Shown here: piece by piece, positions 29,814 to 39,690 of the stretch
Layout of the letters: every line of letters starts with the position of its first letter
Numbering within the stretch: position 1 is the first letter of the stretch
Position numbers and translations under genes: made by a program
Notes under the pieces: model-generated
Databases searched by the model: none
What the model was told of the DNA's origin: nothing
Seen by the model: the letters and a program-made list of their open reading frames with translations, nothing else
Assembly (NCBI GenBank): GCA_050952625.1
Contig: JBMNLH010000003.1
Coordinates: forward strand, 32,001-96,000
Direction: 5' to 3'
Length of the DNA: 64,000 bases
DNA from: Bacillota bacterium
GTDB lineage: Bacteria > Bacillota > Ch66 > Ch109

Positions 29814-31169
29814 TTATCCCTCCCCCACCTGCTGCATAATAACCTGTGGATGGACCAAGTCTCGGGGGATTAGGGTAGAAACCACGCCGATTACCTCGCG
29901 GATGGAACGACGAGCACCTCCGCCGCCAGCCGGGCCATTGGTCCAGAGGGTTTCGACCTCTTCGCCGATTATCTGCGCTTCGGCCCGAGTGCTTGTCCGG
30001 GCTGCCACCCGCAGCCTTACTTCATAAGGTTCCCCGGTACCATTAGCAATCCAGGTCCCGTGTAACGAGTCTACGCCAATCAAGTCAAACCTGATTTCCT
30101 GATAGGTTGCCCCAATCAGTGCCAGCCTCCGACGCACAATCTCACCAGCCAGTTTAGCCCGTTCCACGGCCCCGGCTCCGGCATAACCAATCTCACCCTC
30201 ACCAATAAAAGAGTCCCGATACCCAATACTCACCTTGAGCTCCCGGGGCTTAGCCCTGGCTGTCCCGCCGGTCACGCGAACCTGATCCGGTCCGATCTGC
30301 TCAAACTCAACGCCGGTAAAATCAGCGATACAGTCTGGCGTATAGTAAGCGGCTGGATCGTGGATCTCATACAGCAACTGCTCCTTGCAGGTCCCGAGCG
30401 AAACCAAACCCCCGGAACCAGGCGGTTTAGTGATGATGGCCGTTCCGTCTGGTTCCACTTCCGCCAGGGGAAAACCTAATTCAGCCAGCCGGGGCACGTC
30501 TTTGTACCCCGGATCAGCAAAGTAGCCTCCGCTAACCTGCCCGGCACATTCTAAAAGGTGCCCGACCACCGTTCCCTGCCCGAGCCGCTGGTAATCATGC
30601 TCGCACCAATTGAATTCATGGACCATGGGTGCCAAAAAAAGAGCCGGATCCGCCACCCTCCCGGTCAGGATAACGTCCGCCCCCTGTGCCAAAGCTTCTA
30701 CCAGCGGGGCACATCCCAAATAAGTGTTTGCCGAAATAATCCGGTTCGCATAGTCTGCCACCGTTTCCCCGGTCTCCAGGATCTGACCGCCATGTTGAAT
30801 AACCGCCTCCAGTACCTCATCGCCGATTACCGCGGCCACCTTCAGGCCTTTTAAACCCTGAGCTGATGCCAATTCCATAACCCGCTGCTGAGCGGCCAGG
30901 GGATTAGCCGCCCCCATGTTCGTGATAATCTTAATTCCCCGCTGCCAACAGGTCTTTAAAACCGGGGCTAACCGCCGAACAAGCTGCGGATTATAGCCAA
31001 GCGACGCATCGCGCAGCCGTTCCTGCTGATAGAGAGCAATTGTCCTTTCAGCTAAGCACTCATAAACTAAATAATTGATCTCTCCCTTTTCCACCAGTTC
31101 TAGGGCCGGCTCAAAACGGTCCCCACCGTACCCAGCCCCGGCCCCGATCCTGATTCGCCTTGCTGTCAA
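29814..31169 (-). CDS. AtuA (DUF1446) family protein
   Basis: GDR, ECLAERT, GRVAD, GHLLEC, EQLLYEI, NGPAGGG. Confidence 0.88.
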   Translation of the reverse strand: MTARRIRIGAGAGYGGDRFEPALELVEKGEINYLVYECLAERTIALYQQERLRDASLGYNPQLVRRLAPVLKTCWQRGIKIITNMGAANPLAAQQRVMELASAQGLKGLKVAAVIGDEVLEAVIQHGGQILETGETVADYANRIISANTYLGCAPLVEALAQGADVILTGRVADPALFLAPMVHEFNWCEHDYQRLGQGTVVGHLLECAGQVSGGYFADPGYKDVPRLAELGFPLAEVEPDGTAIITKPPGSGGLVSLGTCKEQLLYEIHDPAAYYTPDCIADFTGVEFEQIGPDQVRVTGGTARAKPRELKVSIGYRDSFIGEGEIGYAGAGAVERAKLAGEIVRRRLALIGATYQEIRFDLIGVDSLHGTWIANGTGEPYEVRLRVAARTSTRAEAQIIGEEVETLWTNGPAGGGGARRSIREVIGVVSTLIPRDLVHPQVIMQQVGEG

Positions 31170-31198
31170 AATCGCTCATCCCCTATCCCCAACAATGC

Positions 31199-31303
31199 CT
31201 ACTGTTTATGAATGGTCTTCGCGACCAACTGAATAAACCAAACCAAGACACAAATCTGAACGAAACCCAGAATTAGCCAGATCAGAAGTTCTTTGAAGAA
31301 CAT
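31199..31303 (-). CDS. Putative 34-aa single-TM small protein
   Basis: Manual translation MFFKELLIWLILGFVQICVLVWFIQLVAKTIHKQ; AGGGA upstream; precedes atuA. Confidence 0.45.
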   Translation of the reverse strand: MFFKELLIWLILGFVQICVLVWFIQLVAKTIHKQ

Positions 31304-31380
31304 AAGCGCATCCCTGCTACTATTTTATTAGCAGAACCAGGGGATTAGTGTCTTATGCTGGCGAAGTAGACAGTATACCT

Positions 31381-31460
31381 TTACTAACCGCCCATGCCCC
31401 CAAGGACACAACCACCTATATAATAGCGGACTATGTCATCCTAAGCGTTAGCGAAGGATC
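31381..31460. repeat. CCATGC..CACAACCAC repeat fused to a GTCATCCT..GCGAAGGATC REP-like half
   Basis: Matches 20070 and 43684. Confidence 0.7.
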
Positions 31461-31488
31461 AAAATTTAACTAATAACCCGCACCTAAT

Positions 31489-32586
31489 CTAAGCACCCAG
31501 CATTCTCATCAAGGCCTCTGGATCCGTCGCCCGGTTGATAGCCTCTTCTCTGGCGATTATTCTTTTCTGTACCAGGTTTCGCAAACTCATATCCAAACTA
31601 ACCATACCATACTTCAGCCCCGTTTGGATCTGACTGATTATCTGATAGGATTTCCCTTCACGGATCAAGTTCCGAATCGCCGGCGTGGCTACCATAATTT
31701 CGAACGCCACCACGCGCCCTGGTTTATCAATGCGGGGAATCAACTGCTGGGCTACCACTCCCTGAATACTGTTGGCCAATTGCACCCGAATCTGTTGCTG
31801 TTGATGCGGGGGGAAAACATCAATCACCCGGTCAATGGTCTGCGCCGCACTGGAAGTATGTAAGGTACCAAACACCAAGTGGCCGGTTTCTGCCGCAGTT
31901 AAAGCAATCCCGATCGTTTCCGGGTCGCGCATCTCCCCAACCAGGATGACATCCGGGTCCTCCCGCAAGGCTGCCCGCAGGGCACTAGCAAAGGACTGCG
32001 AGTCTTGATGGATTTCCCGCTGATTGACCAGACTTTTTTTATGAGAATGGACATACTCAATCGGATCCTCCAGGGTTAAGATATGATGACGAGACTCCTG
32101 GTTGATCAGGTCAATCATCGAAGCCAGTGTAGTTGACTTACCACTCCCGGTCGGCCCGGTCACCAGCACCATGCCCCGGGGCCGGCGAGCCAAATCAGCC
32201 AGGATTTCCGGCAAGCCTAATTGTTGAAAGGATAGAATTTGGGAATTGATCAATCGTAAGACCAAGGCCACGGTGCCTCTTTGCTGGAAAGCATTGACCC
32301 GAAAACGGCCTATTCCTTCAAGCTCATAAGAGAAATCTATTTCTCCTTTAGCGGCAAACTCCTTGTACCGGTCCTCAGGTATGATCTGCCGGGCCAAATG
32401 CTCGGTAAGCTCCGGGGTCATCTTTTCCAGGTAAGAAGGATTGATCTGCAGCGTCTCTTGCCATTCCGGGGCGTCTAAAGGCAGCAACGCTCCGTGCCGG
32501 CGGAAAGCCGGGGCACTTCCAACCGAGATATGAACATCCGATACCCCTAATTCAAAAGCCTTTTGCAGGATAACCCGGGCATCCAT
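31489..32586 (-). CDS. pilT: Type IV pilus retraction ATPase
   Basis: GPTGSGKSTT, TLEDPIE, ALREDPDVILVGEMRD, TLHT, AIRNLIRE. Confidence 0.95.
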   Translation of the reverse strand: MDARVILQKAFELGVSDVHISVGSAPAFRRHGALLPLDAPEWQETLQINPSYLEKMTPELTEHLARQIIPEDRYKEFAAKGEIDFSYELEGIGRFRVNAFQQRGTVALVLRLINSQILSFQQLGLPEILADLARRPRGMVLVTGPTGSGKSTTLASMIDLINQESRHHILTLEDPIEYVHSHKKSLVNQREIHQDSQSFASALRAALREDPDVILVGEMRDPETIGIALTAAETGHLVFGTLHTSSAAQTIDRVIDVFPPHQQQQIRVQLANSIQGVVAQQLIPRIDKPGRVVAFEIMVATPAIRNLIREGKSYQIISQIQTGLKYGMVSLDMSLRNLVQKRIIAREEAINRATDPEALMRMLGA

Positions 32587-32663
32587 AATATACAGCTCCT
32601 TTAGCTGCTTGAGTAAAACAAACAGTATTATCTGCTAAATAAGTATTATTATTAGCTTATTAG

Positions 32664-34115
32664 TCATGCAAGTTCAGCAACGTATAACACATCCGGTTCT
32701 GGCATATAAACCCAGTGGCCGCGGCCGATCTCCATATCCGGTATTGGCTCATCGGACCCAGGGATATACGTCCAAGGTTCCGGATTCGCGTCATCAGGGT
32801 CATCAGGATTGAAATTGGGACAGGGACAGGTTACCTGGTTATACTTGCCTTCAATGCTTCGCAATACCTGATCCAATTTCACAAAACCATCTGCGCTATC
32901 TTCGTTGTAAACTACAGGGCCCACCAGGTTCCAGCCAGCATCGAGATCCCGGATGTAAGGGCCACTTGGCAAACCGGATGATTGGAAACAGGCAATACTA
33001 CTTTCTACAAGTTTTACATAAATTGCTTTCAACGGTTCTAGTTGGAATTCCGGGTCTGAGCTTGGACCTTCGTCTTCGTCAACATACCACTTACCATCAT
33101 CGCCTTCATATATCTGTTTCCATTTGCCTTTATCGTAGGTTAAGGCTATCTGAATGCAAGAATAAGCATCAAAGATGACATCGTTTAAAGCAGCTAATTG
33201 CAAGTCAAAGGGAGCGGAAATGATGTTCCAGCCGATTCCAAGTTCTATTTCCCACTCGACGGTTTCAGCGATAACATTTATAAGCCTCTCAGCCTCCATT
33301 GGACCGCTGAATGGTGTTTCGTTGGCTGTGGCTAACACTATCTTCGCCCCCTCGCACATAGGCTGGTAATAAAAATCGCTGCTCGCATAGCCACTCTTAA
33401 TAAAAATACAGTTGCAATCATCTAGTTCTTCTAAATCAGAATCGTAAAATTTGCCGGGAAATTCTTCTATAAGATAACCAAGCTCATCCGTTTCCATTAG
33501 ACTCACAATTACCTCCCCATCTTCCGGAACATTAAAGGGTTTGCCTTGGCCATCCACTAGTTCTACGGTCAACTTTTCCAGCAATCCAACCTTACAGGTA
33601 AGTTCGTTCGGCGTAATCCTTAATTCCGGGGGCGTCACGTTAACTGCGAACTGAATACTCCCGGGATCTTTGCTGGTCCACACATCAGCAAAAGTGTAGC
33701 AATCGGGAGATGATGGATTCTTGATATAAGAAATGTTGATTATCACTTGTTCATTAGCATCAACAGCCTCGGGAACCTCTATCTCAAAAAAACCTGTCTC
33801 CCGCTCAGTTACCGTTAGTGGTGATGCTAAGTTACTCCAGGTAAACTTAGCCGAATCAATCTGGCTAGAGAAGAATGGGGATGAGCTAAAATCTAAATAA
33901 ACTATGTCAGATACCGTTAGATCATGGTTGGTCTTAAATTCAAGGCAATAAGTTGTAGTCACACAAACAGTTGAATTGTCAGTGGTAACCAGAACACCAC
34001 CACCACTTCCTCCACTACCGGATGACACCAATTCCGCGTCTGCGGGCAATCCGAAGGTCAAGACCAAGAGCACGGTTAAAATAAATAACCACAGCTTTTT
34101 TTGCATCTGCTCCAT
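32664..34115 (-). CDS. Secreted acidic beta-rich hypothetical protein
   Basis: Signal peptide; two LxxGWN motifs; D/E rich. Confidence 0.7.
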   Translation of the reverse strand: MEQMQKKLWLFILTVLLVLTFGLPADAELVSSGSGGSGGGVLVTTDNSTVCVTTTYCLEFKTNHDLTVSDIVYLDFSSSPFFSSQIDSAKFTWSNLASPLTVTERETGFFEIEVPEAVDANEQVIINISYIKNPSSPDCYTFADVWTSKDPGSIQFAVNVTPPELRITPNELTCKVGLLEKLTVELVDGQGKPFNVPEDGEVIVSLMETDELGYLIEEFPGKFYDSDLEELDDCNCIFIKSGYASSDFYYQPMCEGAKIVLATANETPFSGPMEAERLINVIAETVEWEIELGIGWNIISAPFDLQLAALNDVIFDAYSCIQIALTYDKGKWKQIYEGDDGKWYVDEDEGPSSDPEFQLEPLKAIYVKLVESSIACFQSSGLPSGPYIRDLDAGWNLVGPVVYNEDSADGFVKLDQVLRSIEGKYNQVTCPCPNFNPDDPDDANPEPWTYIPGSDEPIPDMEIGRGHWVYMPEPDVLYVAELA

Positions 34116-34201
34116 CCCCCTTGTTATAAAAGCGTTTATGTTGAAGATTGATAAAAACTGTTTTTTGATTCTCTATAAATCCCTAATAATTAATTGTTCA
34201 T

Positions 34202-37200
34202 CTAACTTGCGGTTCCAACCTGAAGATTCAACTCCTGGATCGCTCCTGGTTGAAATTCCGTTTCATACGCTTTTTCATCCACTTCTTCACCATAGACAAC
34301 CCAGAACTCAATGGTCGCTCCTGGTTCGATGTTGCCAGCAGCACCTACAATCAGTTTCGGTCCGCCATACTCTGGATAACCAAACTTACCTCCCTCGTTT
34401 ACTGTGATTTTACCAACAACCTCAGACTCAGAACCCTTTACCACCTTGGCAATGATTGCGGTCCCTTCAGAAGCAGGCTGCCCATTAATCGAGACTGTCC
34501 CGTAAAACGCAGCGGGCAGAACCGGTATAGGTAAATTAATAACTGTTTGCATAATAACTGGTTCTAAGTTGTTGTCTGTATCAGGTTCGATCTCAATATT
34601 GGGAGATGTTGCCTCATGATATCCTGGTTTTGTAAAAGTAAGGGTGTAGCCGTCATCTGCCAGAACATCCTCAAAAACGAATTCCCCCGTATCAGTAGTT
34701 GTTACTTCTTGAACCAGGACATCATTTTTGGACAGGGATACCGTCACCCCGGCCAGACCTTGACCAGCCTCATCCTGGACCCTACCAACCAATTTACCTT
34801 TACCAACTGTGTATACAAACGTTACGATGGCACTGCTTCGCATCCCCGGTTTGGCGGCAAAGGCCTTAATTGTCAGGCCGCTTTCTGGCACTGTTGGTTC
34901 GCCGCCAGCAGCAAATTGAGGACTATTAACTGTCGGGTCATTCCCATCAGTGGTATAGTAAATTATCGCGCCTGGTGTAGCTGTACTCAAGTTAATAGCT
35001 GAGCCGAGCTTGACCGAGCCTGGTACCGGATCGGCAGTCGGTGCCTCCACTAAACCATCAAATACACCGAAAATTGACAAATGATAAACTGTAGCCTCAA
35101 CAACTCCGTTACCAACTTGCGAATCCTGGTATTCCCAATTCCCGTTTTTTTCATTGAAGTAGAAAATCGCTATCCTACTTTCATCTGTTTCCTTATTATA
35201 GGGTAATGTTATTTTTACTCCTTGGCTAAAGTCTATATTTCCCTCATAAGTGATATCAATAACCATTCCGGCTACTCTTAGCCCGGAGCCTTCAATGTCG
35301 GGATTATTCACTTTTTTAACAGTTACCGTTGCATCCGGGGGAATATTTATACTTCTAAAATCAAGCCTTATCCCACCGTCAAAGGCCAGTGGTACATTTT
35401 GTGCAATTGGCACGGCCACGCCCAAAGGTGCTTCAACCACCAACTCAAAGATTACATTTTGGTTATATCCACTTACTGTACCTTCGTATTTATATACGCC
35501 CGCCTTACTTAAGTCGACAGTCGGAGTATTCCAAGATACTGCTACCGGCTGGGTTGCTCCATTACTCATCTGGGCGTCAACTGTTGCCGGTAGTTGATAC
35601 AAGCTTCCGGCACTATCTTGAGACACTACTGCTTTTTGTTCGCTAATGGAAACTATGGTCGGCGGCGGGCTATCACCCCCACCACCACCGCCTCCTCCTT
35701 GAGAAGGGGTTGAGGGTGGTGAAGAGGTTGAAGCAGCGGCTTGACTTAAAGCTTCACTAACTTTATCGGACTGGGTGCCAGGCTCCTCATTATTTTCTTC
35801 TTCACTTGATGTTTCCCCCGTTTCCGGAGTGTTATCAGGTGCTGCTGGCGCATTATTATCAATGTTATTCGCAGTCCGGTTGGCCCAATCTTGCACCTCA
35901 GGTTGTGTCCAATTCTGATAATCCTGGGCCTGCATCGTATCAGTGGTTATTTCCCCCTTCGAATCAATCACTGCTTTTTGCCCAGCCTGAATCATGGCCT
36001 GCTCACCGTCAGACGTCAATATAGCCGAACCGGTCAACAGGTCGACTCCTGATTCACCGCTGTCGCCAACATAAGCGTGGCAGAAGGTTCCTCTAATACC
36101 GCATACCCCCCAGGGCATGTTGACCTCGACCCGTACTTTCTGCTCCCGAGGTTTCTTCCACCAGGGCAGTTCCTGTTTATCTTCCGCCATCCTGACATTC
36201 ACTGACGGATACTCGACATCTATGTGGCTAGAGGCAAGGCGGGCACTGGACTGCACCTGAGGTTGAGGTTTAACAACCGTTGTCCCTTCTGCGGGTGCTG
36301 GTTCTTCCCCATGCGCAGCCAAACCCCCGAAGATTTCCCCTCGCTTGAGATCAATCCCCAGGAGATCAACCGCGGTCCCCGCTTGACCACTCTTTTTGAT
36401 ATACTTTACACCCTGGGTTTTTGTGATTACCAGTTGAGTATTAGGTTCAATTCTCAGGGCAGTACCGTCATCAAAGGTTACCTCCGCTGCACTGTTGGCT
36501 TCGGTCATAATAGTATCGCCAACCTTCAACGTCACTTGTTTAGTGACGGTCTGAAAACTGGCCTCAGACTCCGACTTCAGCTTAACAGTTCCTTTAACTG
36601 GTTTCAGGGCCCCAGCCAGAGTGGCCGCTTGATATTCTGGTGCCAAAACCATCATCAGGGCAAAAGCGCGCGCAACCGCGGCCCGACTCAAAGCAGCATC
36701 CGGGGCGAAATGAGTGTTATCGGCCCGGCTTATTAACCCAGCATCCAGGGCCGCACTAATCTGTGGGGCAGCCCAATGGTCCGTCGAGACATCCGCTAAC
36801 GGGGGTAAGGCTACTGCCGGCAATTCGCTTTTCGACAACCTGAGGGCCAAGGCAATTCCCTCCGCCCGGGAGATGGGTTGTTCTAGCCGAAAGGTGCCAT
36901 CTGGGTAACCCTGGAGATAACCAGCTTTGACCGCAGTGCCGATGGCCGCAAAGGCCCAGTGATCCGCAGATACGTCACTAAAGCCGCTTTCCGTAACTTC
37001 TGCCAAATTCAAACCAAGCACTTTCACTAATAAAAAAGCGGCTTGGGCTCGGGTAACCCCTTCTTGGGGATGGTAGGTCCCATCCGGAAAACCGGAAATT
37101 ATCTTTTGATTAGCCAGATAGTTGATATAGGCATAGTTCGGGTTATCTTCAGTTACATCGGCAAACAGCCCTGTTTCAGCGGCTTGAGCCTGATTATTAT

Positions 37201-37297
37201 TGAAATCAGCCAGCATGAACTGAAGCATCAGAAAAGCCAGGGTCAGGGTTAAGCATATAATTTTGGTCAAACCAGACCTATATATAAACATAAACAC
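34202..37297 (-). CDS. Surface protein: three SLH, FecR-like, linker, Big/FN3-associated and carboxypeptidase-regulatory-like domains
   Basis: SLH GFPDGT..TRA repeats; FecR-like VGDTIMTEANSAAEVTFDDGT..CGIRGT; YYTTDGNDPT; GRVQDEAGQGLAGVTV. Confidence 0.85.
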   Translation of the reverse strand: MFMFIYRSGLTKIICLTLTLAFLMLQFMLADFNNNQAQAAETGLFADVTEDNPNYAYINYLANQKIISGFPDGTYHPQEGVTRAQAAFLLVKVLGLNLAEVTESGFSDVSADHWAFAAIGTAVKAGYLQGYPDGTFRLEQPISRAEGIALALRLSKSELPAVALPPLADVSTDHWAAPQISAALDAGLISRADNTHFAPDAALSRAAVARAFALMMVLAPEYQAATLAGALKPVKGTVKLKSESEASFQTVTKQVTLKVGDTIMTEANSAAEVTFDDGTALRIEPNTQLVITKTQGVKYIKKSGQAGTAVDLLGIDLKRGEIFGGLAAHGEEPAPAEGTTVVKPQPQVQSSARLASSHIDVEYPSVNVRMAEDKQELPWWKKPREQKVRVEVNMPWGVCGIRGTFCHAYVGDSGESGVDLLTGSAILTSDGEQAMIQAGQKAVIDSKGEITTDTMQAQDYQNWTQPEVQDWANRTANNIDNNAPAAPDNTPETGETSSEEENNEEPGTQSDKVSEALSQAAASTSSPPSTPSQGGGGGGGGDSPPPTIVSISEQKAVVSQDSAGSLYQLPATVDAQMSNGATQPVAVSWNTPTVDLSKAGVYKYEGTVSGYNQNVIFELVVEAPLGVAVPIAQNVPLAFDGGIRLDFRSINIPPDATVTVKKVNNPDIEGSGLRVAGMVIDITYEGNIDFSQGVKITLPYNKETDESRIAIFYFNEKNGNWEYQDSQVGNGVVEATVYHLSIFGVFDGLVEAPTADPVPGSVKLGSAINLSTATPGAIIYYTTDGNDPTVNSPQFAAGGEPTVPESGLTIKAFAAKPGMRSSAIVTFVYTVGKGKLVGRVQDEAGQGLAGVTVSLSKNDVLVQEVTTTDTGEFVFEDVLADDGYTLTFTKPGYHEATSPNIEIEPDTDNNLEPVIMQTVINLPIPVLPAAFYGTVSINGQPASEGTAIIAKVVKGSESEVVGKITVNEGGKFGYPEYGGPKLIVGAAGNIEPGATIEFWVVYGEEVDEKAYETEFQPGAIQELNLQVGTAS

Positions 37298-37433
37298 GTA
37301 TAGATCAGCCTCCTCTTGTAAAACTAGAGCCAGAATTATATAAGAACTAGGATTACATAAAACAATAACTCCGTTAACCTGATAAGCCTAGGCCACATAT
37401 TAAGCAAAAAATGTGGCCTAGACTTGGCGCACG

Positions 37434-37458
37434 AACAGTTAACCTGCCCCTATGTCCC
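37434..37458. repeat. REP-like GGGACA..CAGGTTAACTG repeat, reverse copy
   Basis: Reverse complement gggacataggggcaggttaactgtt. Confidence 0.55.
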
Positions 37459-37463
37459 TTTAT

Positions 37464-37517
37464 CCTCGCGCCTCACGCCTCACACCTCACACCTCACACC
37501 TCACACCTCACACCTCG
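37464..37517. repeat. Heptamer tandem repeat (cctcaca)n overlapping the cyclase stop codon
   Basis: cctcgcg cctcacg (cctcaca)x5 cctcg. Confidence 0.9.
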
Positions 37518-39370
37518 CCTCTAATCGTATAAATAGCGATTGGTTCGGTGAAACCTCGCACCGGTACCTGGCCTAGCTCCTCAAACTGCCAGGGTATTTT
37601 CACCCCACTCTCGGTTAAACTCTTTAAAGTTCGATCACTGAGGATTAACTGGGTGCCGTGTTCTTTGTTTAAACTTTCCAATCGGGAAGCCAGATTCACA
37701 TCCTCGCCGATCACAGTATAATCGGTCCGTTCCTGGCTGCCGACATTACCCACGACTACCGGTCCGCTGCTTAAACCGATCCCGATATTAAATAGGTGCT
37801 CACCCCGCGCTTCCCACATCTTATTTAGTTCTACCAGTTGCTCTCGCATTTCCTGCGAAGCGGCAATTGCCTTAGCAGCGTGATCTGCCTGCTGGACCGG
37901 GGCCCCGAAAACCGCCATCATGCCGTCACCCATGTATTTGTCGATCATGCCGCCGTGCTTAAAAACAATGGCGGTCATTACGGAAAGGTATTCATTTAAT
38001 CGGCTAACTACCTCTTCTGGGGCTCTAGCCTCACTGTAAGAGGTAAAGCCACGAATATCCGAAAACAGGATAGTGACTTCCTGCCGCTTCCCCCCCAGTT
38101 CCACCAACTCGGGGTGATTGGTCAGTTCTTCAACCACCGCTGGTGAAACATAACGGCCAAACAAAGCGCGGGTTTTCCGGCGTTCCATTTCCGCGGCCAG
38201 GTAACTCTCAGCCGTGACCGCTGTATAGGTAGCAATAGTGAGGGCTAACGGCGCGGCACAATTCAGCCACAGATGTTTATACAGCCACAGGCCATAAACC
38301 AAACCACCAATCGCCACAATCATAATAGAAACAACGGCCAGCCCGGCCCAGGGGCCGCGGCGCAAGGTCAAAACAGTGGTAATCAGCCACACCAGCAGTA
38401 GAAAAAGCAAGTTAGTCCCGGTTGTTACGCGCTGAAAATAGCACCCCTCCAGAAAGGTCTGTAAACAGGACGCGTGAATCTCTACCCCGGGAGTAGGCAG
38501 AGCGTTATCCAGCACCAAATTCCCTCGAGTATAGGGAGTTTGCTGGTAGTCGTGCTCCAGAACAGAGGTCGGACCGATTAAACAAATCCGATCCCGCAAC
38601 ATGGCTGGGTCAACCCGGCCAAACAAAACATCGCTGTATTCATAAGTCGGAAAAGTGCCGGCTGGTCCCCAGAAATCAGACAAGGCCTGGTATTGTGCGT
38701 CTACGGGAATTAGTTTATTATTAATTTGCAACTGCTTCGGATTGGGTTGGGAAATGGCCTCAGGATCCAGGCCATTTGCCACTAAGGCGGTAGCTAAATG
38801 AAAAGAAGGCATAAACTGCTCTGGAAAATCAGTCAAGGGAAAAGCTACTGTAGTATGCCGCACCACGTTATCCGGATCGACCGGCATATTAATATAGCCA
38901 ACCCCGGCTGCCCCGATCAAAAAATCCTCGACCGGCATTTTAATGTTCATACTAGGTCCTTGTTCCGGGTTATCTCCGGCCGCTTCAAAGGTTAGGGCAT
39001 ATCCCAAAACCACCCGGCCGTGATCATAAATGGCTTGGGCTAAAGCCCGGTCCTCGTCTGGTTGCCCCGGGATATCGAAATCCACGTCAAAGGCCACCGC
39101 GCGGGCTTCCCGCAACTGTTCTAACAGGGCGGCGTGGGTTGAACGCGGCCAAGCGAGGGGGCCCAACTCACTAATGGATTTCTCGCCCATCCCAATAATT
39201 ACGATTTGATCTCCCGGGTCCTTGGCCCCAGAGAGCCTGAACCAGGTATCATACACTGAAGATTCAACGCGTTCCCAGAGCTGAAAGTAGGCACTAACCA
39301 AAAAAAGCACCAGCAGCAGGCAAGGAACGAAAAATCTTTTTAATTTAAGCATCATAATAAATCCTTCCAA
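37508..39370 (-). CDS. CHASE2-domain class III adenylate/guanylate cyclase
   Basis: CHASE2 WPRS..DPDNVVR..PGVEIHA; three TMs; FSDIRGFT, DKYMGDG, GEDVNLASRLE; the K in DKY suggests ATP specificity. Confidence 0.93.
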   Translation of the reverse strand: MEGFIMMLKLKRFFVPCLLLVLFLVSAYFQLWERVESSVYDTWFRLSGAKDPGDQIVIIGMGEKSISELGPLAWPRSTHAALLEQLREARAVAFDVDFDIPGQPDEDRALAQAIYDHGRVVLGYALTFEAAGDNPEQGPSMNIKMPVEDFLIGAAGVGYINMPVDPDNVVRHTTVAFPLTDFPEQFMPSFHLATALVANGLDPEAISQPNPKQLQINNKLIPVDAQYQALSDFWGPAGTFPTYEYSDVLFGRVDPAMLRDRICLIGPTSVLEHDYQQTPYTRGNLVLDNALPTPGVEIHASCLQTFLEGCYFQRVTTGTNLLFLLLVWLITTVLTLRRGPWAGLAVVSIMIVAIGGLVYGLWLYKHLWLNCAAPLALTIATYTAVTAESYLAAEMERRKTRALFGRYVSPAVVEELTNHPELVELGGKRQEVTILFSDIRGFTSYSEARAPEEVVSRLNEYLSVMTAIVFKHGGMIDKYMGDGMMAVFGAPVQQADHAAKAIAASQEMREQLVELNKMWEARGEHLFNIGIGLSSGPVVVGNVGSQERTDYTVIGEDVNLASRLESLNKEHGTQLILSDRTLKSLTESGVKIPWQFEELGQVPVRGFTEPIAIYTIRGEV

Positions 39371-39690
39371 TAAAATTTACTCTCAGAAAATAATTCTACT
39401 TTTTCCTACAGAATCCTCCTATAACCTTAATTTAGTTATTAAATAATCTAATCTTTATAATAAATCCCAAATTTAAAAGTTATATACTGTTTATTGAACC
39501 ACTCGGCCTATCAATAAGATAATAAAATTCATATTGACCGCACGATATGAACACTATTTTCTTATCAGTCTCAATAATCAATCTCGATAACACAATGACC
39601 TTCCAGCCCGAGCACCAGTTGCCTTTTTCGCGATTCTAGTCTATAAATAAGAGAAAGATAAAAGAGAAAAGAACCCAAGGAGGTTAATAA

